From: Gammaproteobacteria bacterium
Lineage (GTDB): Bacteria > Pseudomonadota > Gammaproteobacteria > Steroidobacterales > Foliamicaceae
DNA: 51,414 nt
Assembly: GCA_007571315.1 (NCBI GenBank)
Contig: RKRP01000133.1
Location: 1 to 51,414, forward strand
Direction of reading: 5' to 3'
The position numbers were made by a program, and so were the translations under genes. Position 1 is the first letter of the stretch. Every line of letters begins with the position of its first letter. Shown piece after piece: positions 30,103-38,835 of this stretch. The notes beneath the pieces were generated by a model. That model saw only the letters and a program-made list of their open reading frames with translations. It did no database searches and was not told the DNA's origin.

Positions 30103-30250
30103 TTCGGATAATGCCGCTTTTCACGGAGCCGGATGCGTTCTGCCATCTCAACGCTGCGCGCTTCGAATATCGTGCCGCCATCTTGCATTTCGCAGGGGCG
30201 GTGATTCAGACTTGCGGGCACAATTGCCGCAAGGCTTGGGAGATATAGAC

Positions 30251-31426
30251 ATGATCCGCAGTTTTATTTCATCTGCTTGCCGGAGCGCTCTCGGCGCGCT
30301 GCCGATACTGATTCTGGCGGGATTCGCCGTCTTTCTGGGCGCGCCGAACACGGAAGCGCAGCCGGCTGGCGGGCAGCGGTCGGACCCGCCTGTGCCGGAT
30401 GAAATCGTGTGGCGCAACGACGAGATGCTGCCGTACTACGAAATACCGAACATCCCTGTTTCCGCCGAGGCCTACTTTGCTCCGGACAGCTATCACATGA
30501 TTGCCCAGACCCGCGACAAGGATGCCGTCCAAGGCGAGAACGGCAGGCACGGCAATCTCACCTACACCTACACCATTGAAGGCACCGAGCTGACCCGCAT
30601 CAACGACAAGGGCCAGGATGCCTGCTCGTATTTCTTTCCCGACCAGAAGCGCGTTATTTTCACTTCCACCCGGGACAACCTGCATCTGCCGGTGGGGAAC
30701 TGGTCGGACGAGGACGAGTATCCCATGGGCGCCGAGCTCTATATCGCCAATATCGATGGCAGCGACCGTCGGCGGCTTACCCACAACGAGCACTACGAGG
30801 CTGAAGTGGTCGTGTCGCCCACCGGCGAATGGATCGCTTTTGGACGCAACATCGACGGACGGCAGGACTTGTGGCGCATACGCCCCGACGGCACCGACGA
30901 ACAGCGTATAACAGACACCGGCGATTGGCAGGAAGGCTCTCCATATTTCATGCCCGACGGAGAGAATCTGCTGTTCCGCTCCTGGCGCGACTCGGAGTTC
31001 AAGAAGATCAGGCCCACGCCCATGACGGTGATGACAATCAACATCGACGGCTCCAACTGGCGCCGCTACACCTTTGACAACGATATGAACTGGGCGCCCA
31101 ATCCGGCCCCCAACGGACGGCACTACGTGTTTGTGCGCATTTCCGAAATGACCGGCCGGCTCGGCAACTGGGACCTGTACCTCGGCGATCTTGCAGGCGG
31201 CGAGCCTGTTCGCCTTACCACCTTCGAGGGTTTTGACGGCCTTCCGGGCATGGCGCCCAACGGCAAACTGCTGGCCTGGGCGCGAGCCAAGGGCGGGAGC
31301 TTCATGGCCGGCATACGCACGCACATCATGGACGTGTCTTCGCTGAACCTCGGCCCCGAGCACTATGAACCGCTGAATCCCGAATGGGGCGAAGCCATGT
31401 TCGACGACCCGCCAGCGCCGCAGTAA
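30251..31426 (+). CDS. TolB-like/PD40 beta-propeller periplasmic protein
   Basis: Signal peptide and repeated SPxG/PDG...RLT propeller motifs. Confidence 0.8.
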   Translation: MIRSFISSACRSALGALPILILAGFAVFLGAPNTEAQPAGGQRSDPPVPDEIVWRNDEMLPYYEIPNIPVSAEAYFAPDSYHMIAQTRDKDAVQGENGRHGNLTYTYTIEGTELTRINDKGQDACSYFFPDQKRVIFTSTRDNLHLPVGNWSDEDEYPMGAELYIANIDGSDRRRLTHNEHYEAEVVVSPTGEWIAFGRNIDGRQDLWRIRPDGTDEQRITDTGDWQEGSPYFMPDGENLLFRSWRDSEFKKIRPTPMTVMTINIDGSNWRRYTFDNDMNWAPNPAPNGRHYVFVRISEMTGRLGNWDLYLGDLAGGEPVRLTTFEGFDGLPGMAPNGKLLAWARAKGGSFMAGIRTHIMDVSSLNLGPEHYEPLNPEWGEAMFDDPPAPQ

Positions 31427-31468
31427 CTCACCCAAACTTAGGGACTCGCACTGCTGCTTGGCAGCCGC

Positions 31469-31570
31469 CCCTCCCTTCCGGGAGTGTTGGAGTGCGCGCC
31501 AATAGCTTGGCGCGCACGAATGGCGGAACCAAGCTCCATGGATGTATTCATGCGTCTCCCGCAAGGAGGG
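31469..31570. repeat. Palindromic element (copy 2) with an extra inserted hairpin
   Basis: CCCTCCCTTCCGGGAG arm, inner GTGCGCGCCAA-TAGC-TTGGCGCGCAC hairpin and AAGCTCCATGGATGTATTCATGCGT core. Confidence 0.75.
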
Positions 31571-31621
31571 AGCAAACCGAAAGGCGGGAAAGCGCAACCT
31601 AGTGAAATATCTGCTGCCTGA

Positions 31622-31726
31622 GCCTATCTTTGTCCCTCCCTTCCGGGAGTGTTGGAGCCAGGACGGCGGAACCAAGCTCCATGGATGGATTTATGCGTCT
31701 CCCGGAAGGGAGGGACAAAGATAGGC
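31622..31726. repeat. Palindromic element (copy 3)
   Basis: Perfect 28-bp inverted arms around a 49-nt core ending AAGCTCCATGGATGGATTTATGCGT. Confidence 0.85.
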
Positions 31727-31822
31727 GGAATCAACGCGCCTTTAAGGTTTTTAAGAAAACCGGTACGGCATGCGCGCTGATGCGCTCGTATATCATCCCG
31801 GCGGAGACAAGGGGGCGCCGCC

Positions 31823-33538
31823 GTGGATGTAATGAGCTTCTTCAACGCGCTGAATGCGGTAATTTGGCACAACTGGATGCTCTACGCCGTGCTGGGCACC
31901 GGCGTGCTGTTTACGATCTGGAGCGGATTTTGCCAGTACCGCGCCCTTACCCACGGCGTGGCCATCACCCGCGGAAAGTATGACGACAAGGACCATCCCG
32001 GCGCCATTTCCCACTTTCAGGCGCTGTCCGCAGCCCTTTCCGCCACTGTTGGCCTCGGCAATATCGGCGGCGTGGCCCTGGCCATCAGCCTGGGAGGGCC
32101 GGGCGCCGTGTTCTGGATGTGGATCGTCGGGCTGTGCGGCATGGCGGTCAAACTTACGGAAGTAACGCTCACCATGCTGTACCGGGACACGGACGACCCC
32201 GAAAACCCGCACGGCGGCCCCATGATGGTGGTGGATCAGGGTGTGCCCGCCCGCTGGCCCAAATTGCGGCCCGCTGGAAAAGCGTTCGCCGTTATTTTCA
32301 GCATTTCGGTGATTGTTTCCGCGATTACCGGCGGCAATCTCTTCCAGGCCTGGAATGTGGGCGACGTAACCGAGAGCTATTTCGGAGTGCCCGCCTGGAT
32401 GTGCGGCCTGGCGCTTGCGGCAGCCACGGGGCTGGTGGTTATCGGCGGCATCCGGCGGATTGGGCAGGTGGCCTCGCGCCTCGTGCCTTTCATGGTTGTT
32501 TTGTATTTCCTGGGTTGCCTCGTGGTGCTGGGCCTGAGCTACGAGCAAATTCCTGAATCCTTCTCCCTGATCTTCCGCGGCGCCTTCTCTTCACTGGAAG
32601 GCGTGGGCGCGTTTATCGGCGGCACGGCCGGCTCCGCGTTCGTTTTCGGCATGAAGCGGGCACTCTTCTCGAGCGAAGCCGGACAAGGCTCTTCGCCGAT
32701 CGCGCACTCCGCGGCGCGCACCGACGAACCGGTGCGCGAAGGTCTTGTTGCGGCGCTGGAGCCCTTCATCGACACGCTGGTGGTGTGCACCATCACCGCC
32801 CTGGTGATTCTGAGCACGGGGCAATGGAAGCGCGGCCCGGAAGCGGAATTCCCCGCAGCGCCCGAGGTGGTGGCCGCGGAGGCTTCCGGCTGGTGGACGA
32901 TTGCGGAAACGATCCCGCCGCAACGGGCTGGCGGCGATTGGTCGGGCGGCGAGTCCGTATTCATGGTGGCGGTAGCGGATTACAACCCCGAAACGGACAA
33001 CAACCTGCGCAAGATACCGGGGGAAATTGAACGCGCTGCGAACGGGCAGGTTGAGATTCGCTGGCAGTCCATCAAGAGCGCGGTGGCTCCGGTATTGCGG
33101 GACAGCGGGATATTCGTGTCCTACGAGGGAGCGACGATGACGGCGCGGGCGCTGGATTCCGCCATTCCGGGGCTGGGCAAGTGGCTGGTCAGTCTGGCGG
33201 TGTGGCTGTTCGCTTTCTCCACCATCATTTCCTGGGGGTATTACGCGGAGCAGGCGGTGTGGTTCCTGGGCGCCCGCCAGACTGGCTTGATGATCTACAA
33301 GATAGGCTATTGCCTGCTGGCGCTGGTGGCGACGCTGGGCTGGCTGCAAACGGACGCGGAGCTGGATACGGTAACCACTCTGGGCGCCGGACTGATGCTG
33401 GTGGTGAACATGCCCATCCTGTGGCTGTTCGGCTGGCAGGCGATGCGCGCCTACAAGGAATACATCCGCAGGTTCACCAGCGGCCGAATGCAGCGCGGCC
33501 AGGGCGCGCCCACGCTGGAGCAGCTAACCCGCGGTTAG
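31823..33538 (+). CDS. Alanine/glycine:cation symporter (AGCS/AlsT family)
   Basis: ATVGLGNIGGVA, GGPGAVFWMW, FSSEAGQGS, EPFIDT and FAFSTIISWGYY. Confidence 0.92.
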   Translation: MDVMSFFNALNAVIWHNWMLYAVLGTGVLFTIWSGFCQYRALTHGVAITRGKYDDKDHPGAISHFQALSAALSATVGLGNIGGVALAISLGGPGAVFWMWIVGLCGMAVKLTEVTLTMLYRDTDDPENPHGGPMMVVDQGVPARWPKLRPAGKAFAVIFSISVIVSAITGGNLFQAWNVGDVTESYFGVPAWMCGLALAAATGLVVIGGIRRIGQVASRLVPFMVVLYFLGCLVVLGLSYEQIPESFSLIFRGAFSSLEGVGAFIGGTAGSAFVFGMKRALFSSEAGQGSSPIAHSAARTDEPVREGLVAALEPFIDTLVVCTITALVILSTGQWKRGPEAEFPAAPEVVAAEASGWWTIAETIPPQRAGGDWSGGESVFMVAVADYNPETDNNLRKIPGEIERAANGQVEIRWQSIKSAVAPVLRDSGIFVSYEGATMTARALDSAIPGLGKWLVSLAVWLFAFSTIISWGYYAEQAVWFLGARQTGLMIYKIGYCLLALVATLGWLQTDAELDTVTTLGAGLMLVVNMPILWLFGWQAMRAYKEYIRRFTSGRMQRGQGAPTLEQLTRG

Positions 33539-33545
33539 CCGCATA

Positions 33546-33685
33546 TTGCCTTTGGGCGGGCATCTTTTCCGTCCCCTCCTCTCGGCGGGGCGTCAACGGC
33601 AGGATAGCCGTTGCCGAGCCCCAGGGATGGGTTCATGCGTCCCCGCCGAGAGGAGGGGACGGAAAAGATGCCCGCCCAAAGGCAA
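33546..33685. repeat. Palindromic element (copy 4)
   Basis: Perfect 45-bp inverted arms around CGTCAACGGCAGGATAGCCGTTGCCGAGCCCCAGGGATGGGTTCATGCGT; between convergent genes. Confidence 0.9.
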
Positions 33686-33728
33686 CATTCAGGGCAGCCG
33701 CCGGCATCCTGATCGCAATCGCTAGCGA

Positions 33729-34931
33729 TTATTTTCGGGAAGGCGCGGCGCTGCGGCGGACCGCCCGCCGCAGGCTGCCGGCGCGGCTGGCCACGCAAGC
33801 CAGCGTGAGCGCGCAGAACAACAGCACGCAATAAACCATTGGGTAAGGCGTGTCGATGAGCACGGTTCCCACCAGCTGCATCCCGATTGCACCGAACACA
33901 TGCTGCAAAAAAGCGGTGATGGCCGAAGCGGTGCCGGCGTGCGGGCCGGCGCTGGTGAGCGACCCGGCCTGCGCATTTGGCATGAAGATTCCCGACGCGA
34001 ACGCCCAGGGTGCCATTCCAATGAACAGCACCGTGAGGCTCCATTCCCAGTAGTAGAGCATCGCCAGCAGCGCCACGGCGGCTGCGGTGGTGAGCGTCAT
34101 GCCCAGCATCATGGAGCCGTTCACGCCCAGCCGGGGCCCAAGCCACATTGAACTCATGGTGCCGAAGAAGTAGAAGGAGCTCACTGCCATGGTCCACAGC
34201 CCGTATGTGGTGGGGCTGTGGCCGAGCATGGTTTCCACCACATGCGGCGCGCCGGAGCCGAAACAATAGTAGCCGCCCACGATCATGCCGGTGGCGAACG
34301 CATAGCGCAGGAAACGCGGATTGCCCAGCAGTGCGCGGAACGCCCGGCGGTTGCCGGCCTTTTTGGGCGCGAAGGTTTCCCTGATTCGCGCGAACATGGC
34401 CAGCAGCGCCACGAAGAATGCCGCGAGGAATATGAAGATGCTGCGCCACCCAAAGCTCTCGGTCAGGTATCCGCTCAAGGCCGGCGCCGCCATGGGCCCC
34501 ACCATCATCGCCATGGTCAGTATGGCCAGCATTCGCGGCAGCCGTTTCTGACCGAAGGCGTCCCGCAGCATGACCCGCGCCAGCGTAATGCAGCCCGCAG
34601 CGCCCAGCCCCTGCAGGCAGCGGCCGGTAATCAGCGTTTCCACGTTGGGAGAAAAAATGCACACCACGCTGCCGGCGCATAGCAGCAGCAGGGCGCCCAG
34701 AAGGGGCGGACGGCGGCCGAAGCGATCGGCCAGAGGCCCGTAGATCAAAACGGCCGGTGCCAGGATCAGCGTGGCCAGGGAGGTGGTGAACTGGGCCAGT
34801 TCGCGGGAAATCAAAAAATCGGCTTCAAGCGACGGAAGGGCTGGAAACAGGATGGTGAGCGACATGGGTCCGCTCATGGTGATGAGCGCCAGCACGGTCA
34901 CCAGGTTGCGTTCGGAGCGCGTAAGCGGCAC
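33729..34931 (-). CDS. Bcr/CflA-type MFS efflux transporter
   Basis: PALP, GPLADRFGRRP motif A, GRCLQGLG and GWRSIF. Confidence 0.88.
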   Translation of the reverse strand: MPLTRSERNLVTVLALITMSGPMSLTILFPALPSLEADFLISRELAQFTTSLATLILAPAVLIYGPLADRFGRRPPLLGALLLLCAGSVVCIFSPNVETLITGRCLQGLGAAGCITLARVMLRDAFGQKRLPRMLAILTMAMMVGPMAAPALSGYLTESFGWRSIFIFLAAFFVALLAMFARIRETFAPKKAGNRRAFRALLGNPRFLRYAFATGMIVGGYYCFGSGAPHVVETMLGHSPTTYGLWTMAVSSFYFFGTMSSMWLGPRLGVNGSMMLGMTLTTAAAVALLAMLYYWEWSLTVLFIGMAPWAFASGIFMPNAQAGSLTSAGPHAGTASAITAFLQHVFGAIGMQLVGTVLIDTPYPMVYCVLLFCALTLACVASRAGSLRRAVRRSAAPSRK

Positions 34932-34988
34932 GCGGCCTACTCCCGGGTGCCCGAACAGGGCTGTCTCACACCCCTGGAAACGGGTTTG

Positions 34989-35960
34989 CTAGTCGAGATA
35001 AAGGGAGCTGACCGATTCATCCAGGCTGATTCTTCGCGTGGTTTCGGCCAGTAGTTCGGCGACGCTGAGCTGGCGTATTTTTTCGCATGCGCGAGCCTCG
35101 TCCGACAGCGGGATGGTGTCGGTGACCACCAGCTCGGCAAGGTCCGATTTCGTTATCCGCTCCAGGGCCTTGCCGCTTAGCACCGGGTGCGTAATGTAGG
35201 CCACCACTTCCAGGGCGCCCTCTTCCAGCAGGGTGCTGGCCGCCTGGCAAAGCGTGCCGGCTGTGTCGATCATGTCGTCGATCAAAACACACACCTTGCC
35301 GCGCACTTCGCCGATAATGTTCATAGCCTCGGCCACGTTGGGCTTGGGCCGGCGCTTGTCGATGATGGCCAGGTCGGTGTTGTCGAGGCGCCGCGCCAGC
35401 GCCCGGGCCCGGACCACCCCGCCCACATCCGGAGACACTACCACCACGTCCTGCTCCAGCCGCTTCCAGGCATCCGCCAGCAGAACGGGCGAGGCATAGA
35501 CGTTATCCACGGAAATGGAAAAGAACCCCTGGATCTGGTCGGCGTGCAAATCCACCGTCACCAGGTGATCAATGCCTGAGGCGCCAATCATTTGCGCCAC
35601 CGCCTTGGCGGATATTGGCGCCCGCACCGCGCGCGAGCGGCGGTCCTGCCGGGAATAACCGAAATACGGAATCACGGCGGTGATGCGGTGCGCGGAAGCG
35701 CGCCGGCAGGCGTCGGCCAGCAGGATCAACTCCATGAGATTGTCGTTAACCGGCGGGCAGGTCGATTGCACGATGAACACGTCCCGCCCGCGGATGTTGT
35801 CGAGCACTTCCACGCTGATTTCGCCGTCGCTGAAGCGCTCCACTTGCGCGCGGCCCATCCGCACGCCTAGGGCGCGCGCTATCGACGAAGCAAGGCCCGG
35901 CGTGGCGTTGCCGGCCAGAATCTCGATTTTCGGCAATTCGTAGCTGCGCGTTTCGGTCAT
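34989..35960 (-). CDS. prs: Ribose-phosphate pyrophosphokinase
   Basis: [27 protein letters not shown] and DDMIDTAGT. Confidence 0.97.
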   Translation of the reverse strand: MTETRSYELPKIEILAGNATPGLASSIARALGVRMGRAQVERFSDGEISVEVLDNIRGRDVFIVQSTCPPVNDNLMELILLADACRRASAHRITAVIPYFGYSRQDRRSRAVRAPISAKAVAQMIGASGIDHLVTVDLHADQIQGFFSISVDNVYASPVLLADAWKRLEQDVVVVSPDVGGVVRARALARRLDNTDLAIIDKRRPKPNVAEAMNIIGEVRGKVCVLIDDMIDTAGTLCQAASTLLEEGALEVVAYITHPVLSGKALERITKSDLAELVVTDTIPLSDEARACEKIRQLSVAELLAETTRRISLDESVSSLYLD

Positions 35961-35989
35961 GGACTGTGTCGCGGTGAATACCCTCGGGT

Positions 35990-36064
35990 TGGCTGGGGCG
36001 GCAGGATTCGAACCTGCGCATCACGGGATCAAAACCCGTTGCCTTACCGCTTGGCTACGCCCCA
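35990..36064 (-). tRNA. tRNA-Gln(TTG)
   Basis: TGGGGCGTAGCCAAGCGGTAAGGC...TTTTGAT...GGTTCGAATCC...CCA cloverleaf. Confidence 0.95.
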
Positions 36065-36080
36065 ATGCGCCGGGAACTTT

Positions 36081-36110
36081 ATTGTCTTGCCGCGCGCCCG
36101 CGCCTGTCAA
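36081..36110 (-). promoter_or_regulatory. Putative sigma70 promoter for tRNA-Gln/prs
   Basis: TTGACA-18 bp-GACAAT on the minus strand just upstream of the tRNA. Confidence 0.55.
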
Positions 36111-36166
36111 TGTTCGGAAATGGGCGCACGCTGCCATAATAGGCGCGAGGTTGCGGCGGCGCGCGA

Positions 36167-36736
36167 ATGCGCAAGATTGCGTTTTTACAAGTATTGGCGT
36201 TGCGGCGGGCGGTGTTGCTTGCCGGTCTGCTGGCGGCGGCTCCGGCGGGCGCGCAGGTCAACATTGATGCTTATCGGGATTACTTCCTGGTGGGCCGCTT
36301 CGGCGAGGTTTGCACCATGTGCGAAGTAGTTGTGCTGTGCGAGGAGGGAAGCGCGCCGCCCGAGGCCCGGGGTGTTCCTTCCGGCGGCAATTTCACCCTC
36401 TATCATCTCCAAACCCGCACCTTCTGGTCGCAGGTTTCCACAATCTGGGAATGGTTCATTTCCAATTTCACGCCCGCCGACCTGGCCCAGCGCGGCCACA
36501 CCCGCCCGGTGCATGTTTATTCCGTAACCGGCGGCGACTGGTCGGCCAGGGAGGTGATTGAGGGCCGGCTGGCGCTTAATCCGGGAGTGCTGGAGTTCGG
36601 GGCCTGGCGCATTGATCGCGTCAGCCGCGCCTGGCTGCGCGCCGACACTGGCGAGGCTGCGGGCTACTGCGCCCGGCTGCCCTTATGGGATGCGCTGGAG
36701 AGCATCCAGGCCAACGCGCCGGGTAACGAGCAGTGA
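36167..36736 (+). CDS. Secreted hypothetical protein with CxxC
   Basis: Signal peptide ending AGA, CTMC motif plus two more Cys; stop overlaps the next gene start. Confidence 0.7.
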   Translation: MRKIAFLQVLALRRAVLLAGLLAAAPAGAQVNIDAYRDYFLVGRFGEVCTMCEVVVLCEEGSAPPEARGVPSGGNFTLYHLQTRTFWSQVSTIWEWFISNFTPADLAQRGHTRPVHVYSVTGGDWSAREVIEGRLALNPGVLEFGAWRIDRVSRAWLRADTGEAAGYCARLPLWDALESIQANAPGNEQ

Positions 36737-37251
36737 GCCGGGCGATTCAGGAATTCCGGCAGGTATGGAAGCGGGGCTGGATAAAGGCCCACCCGGTTCG
36801 CTTCGCCGGCATGCAGCTGCACCTGCTCTTCAGGACGCTGTTCGCGATCTTCTGGCTGGCCGCGGGCATCAACAAGATCGTCAAGGACTGGCTCACCAGC
36901 GACATTCTCAAGGAAATCTTTCTGGAACGCTTGACGGAAATGCCGCCGGATGCCTTTGCGTCGCTTTTCCTGCAATGGTTCGCGCTGCCGCTGTACGGCC
37001 TGGTGGCCTGGGTGATTACCTGGGGCGAGATTTATTCGGCGCTGGGCTTGCTGCTGGGATTCACAACCCGCATTGCCGCCGCCGTCAGCCTGTTTATCCT
37101 GTGCGGCTTTGCCGCGGGCGGCTACTACGACGCTTCGCTGATTCCGTTCTTCATTCTCACCGCCGTGTTTCTATGGTGGCCGTCCGGCCTATGGCTGGGA
37201 ATCGACCGGCCGCTGGCCAAGCGCTACCCCGCAAGCCGCTGGTTCCGCTGA
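36733..37251 (+). CDS. DoxX/DoxD-like membrane protein
   Basis: R...FWLAAGINKI, GE...LGLLLGFTTRIAA and GIDR. Confidence 0.75.
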   Translation: MSRAIQEFRQVWKRGWIKAHPVRFAGMQLHLLFRTLFAIFWLAAGINKIVKDWLTSDILKEIFLERLTEMPPDAFASLFLQWFALPLYGLVAWVITWGEIYSALGLLLGFTTRIAAAVSLFILCGFAAGGYYDASLIPFFILTAVFLWWPSGLWLGIDRPLAKRYPASRWFR

Positions 37252-37324
37252 ACGCAGCGCGGATGCGGCGCACGCATGACAGCGCGCCAGAATCGCGGCG
37301 CGTGAGCGGCGTGAGCACTGAGGA

Positions 37325-37400
<76 letters not shown>

Positions 37401-37467
37401 TTGGGGAAAGCGAGCGGATTATAGCGTTGCGCGAACCTGCCCACGCTCCCGCATGCAGCGGTGCTCC

Positions 37468-37740
37468 TCACTCGGAGGGCGGCCGGTAGCCTTCGGGCAT
37501 CCGCGCTCCATCGCCGAAGAAGAAAGCTTCCATCTGCTGCTCCAGGAATTTGCGCGCGGCGGGCTCGATGGGCGTAAGCCGGTATTCGTTGATTAGCATG
37601 GTCTGGTGAGAGAGCCACTGCCGCCATGCCTGCCGGGAAACGTTCTCGAAGATGCGCTGGCCCAGTTCGCCGGGGTAGGGGGGGCGCGGCAGGCCCTCCG
37701 CCTCCGTTCCCAGCATCACGCATTGCACCGTTCGGGTCAT
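37468..37740 (-). CDS. yggX: Fe(II)-trafficking/oxidative damage protection protein
   Basis: MTRTVQC...[11 protein letters not shown]...[14 protein letters not shown]; downstream of mutY. Confidence 0.93.
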   Translation of the reverse strand: MTRTVQCVMLGTEAEGLPRPPYPGELGQRIFENVSRQAWRQWLSHQTMLINEYRLTPIEPAARKFLEQQMEAFFFGDGARMPEGYRPPSE

Positions 37741-37800
37741 GCTTCAGGGATTGTGCAAGAGCCACGCTCCGCGGTCAACGCGAAGATGACGAAGACGCGC

Positions 37801-38835
37801 TCATGCAACATCAAGGCTGTTGAGGAGGCGGCGAATGGGCGCGGGCAAGCCCAGGGGCTGGTTTCCGGTGTGCCAGAGCCAGGTGTCCGCTTCCCGAAGC
37901 TTGCGGCTGCTGCCGGCGAGCAGGAACTCAACCGGCCGGATTTCCAGTGCGAAGTGACTGAAGCCGTGCCGTATTGGCGGCAGTTCGCCGATGAATTTTG
38001 CGGAAACACCCAGGACTCGCGCGCGCCAGGCCGCGGGATCTTCGTTGTCGTTCAGGACAGGCAGGCTCCATAACCCCGCCCATATGCCGACCGGCGGGCG
38101 GCGCTCAAGCAGCACCGCCCCGTCTGAACGTCTAACCAGGGCCATGGAGCAGCATTTCAGCGGTCGCCGTCTGGCCTTGCGCGGCGCGGGGATTGTGGAT
38201 GTCTTACCCAGTAGCCGCGCCCGGCAGTTGGCACCCAGGGGGCAGGAATCGCAGCGCGGCCGGCGCTGGCGGCACACGGCGGCGCCCAGGTCCATGATCG
38301 CCTGCGTGTAGTCCTGCGTTCTCTCCGCAGGCGTGTTGGATTCGGCCAGCTCCCAAAGCGTCCTGTTGACGGCGGATTTGCCGGGCCAACCCTCCACCGC
38401 GTAGAACCGGGCGAGAACGCGCCGCGCGTTTCCATCGAGGATTGCGTGCCGCTGTCCATGCGCCTGGGCGAGAATCGCTCCGGCCGTGGAACGCCCGATG
38501 CCCGGCAGCGCCACGAGCTGGTCGACTTCCTTCGGCAGCCTGCCACCGTAACGTTGAACAACGATCTTGGCGGCCTGCATCAGGTTGTGGGCGCGGGAGT
38601 AATAGCCCAGCCCGGCCCAAATGGCCAGCACCGAGTTCTCGCTGGCTTCCGCCAGCGCCTCAATGCGCGGAAAGGCTTGCACGAACCGCTCGTAATAGGG
38701 TTTGACGGTTTCCACCCGGGTTTGTTGCAGCATGATTTCAGCAACCCATACGCGGTACGGGTTGCGTTGGCGCTGCCAGGGAAGGTCCTTGCGCCCGTGC
38801 TTATCCCACCAGGCCAGGAGTTGGGGGGCGATCAT
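37801..38835 (-). CDS. mutY: A/G-specific adenine glycosylase
   Basis: EIMLQQT, WAGLGYYSRA, LPGIGRSTAGAI and the CxxxxxxCxxCxxxxxC FeS motif. Confidence 0.95.
   Translation of the reverse strand: MIAPQLLAWWDKHGRKDLPWQRQRNPYRVWVAEIMLQQTRVETVKPYYERFVQAFPRIEALAEASENSVLAIWAGLGYYSRAHNLMQAAKIVVQRYGGRLPKEVDQLVALPGIGRSTAGAILAQAHGQRHAILDGNARRVLARFYAVEGWPGKSAVNRTLWELAESNTPAERTQDYTQAIMDLGAAVCRQRRPRCDSCPLGANCRARLLGKTSTIPAPRKARRRPLKCCSMALVRRSDGAVLLERRPPVGIWAGLWSLPVLNDNEDPAAWRARVLGVSAKFIGELPPIRHGFSHFALEIRPVEFLLAGSSRKLREADTWLWHTGNQPLGLPAPIRRLLNSLDVA

Noticed and set aside
31560-31625. Possible glycine or c-di-GMP riboswitch upstream of the AlsT symporter (GCAAACCGAAAGG)
   Set aside because: Lacks the CTCTCAGG (glycine) and GACGCAAAGC (c-di-GMP-I) elements; the flanks are explained by the palindromic repeats.
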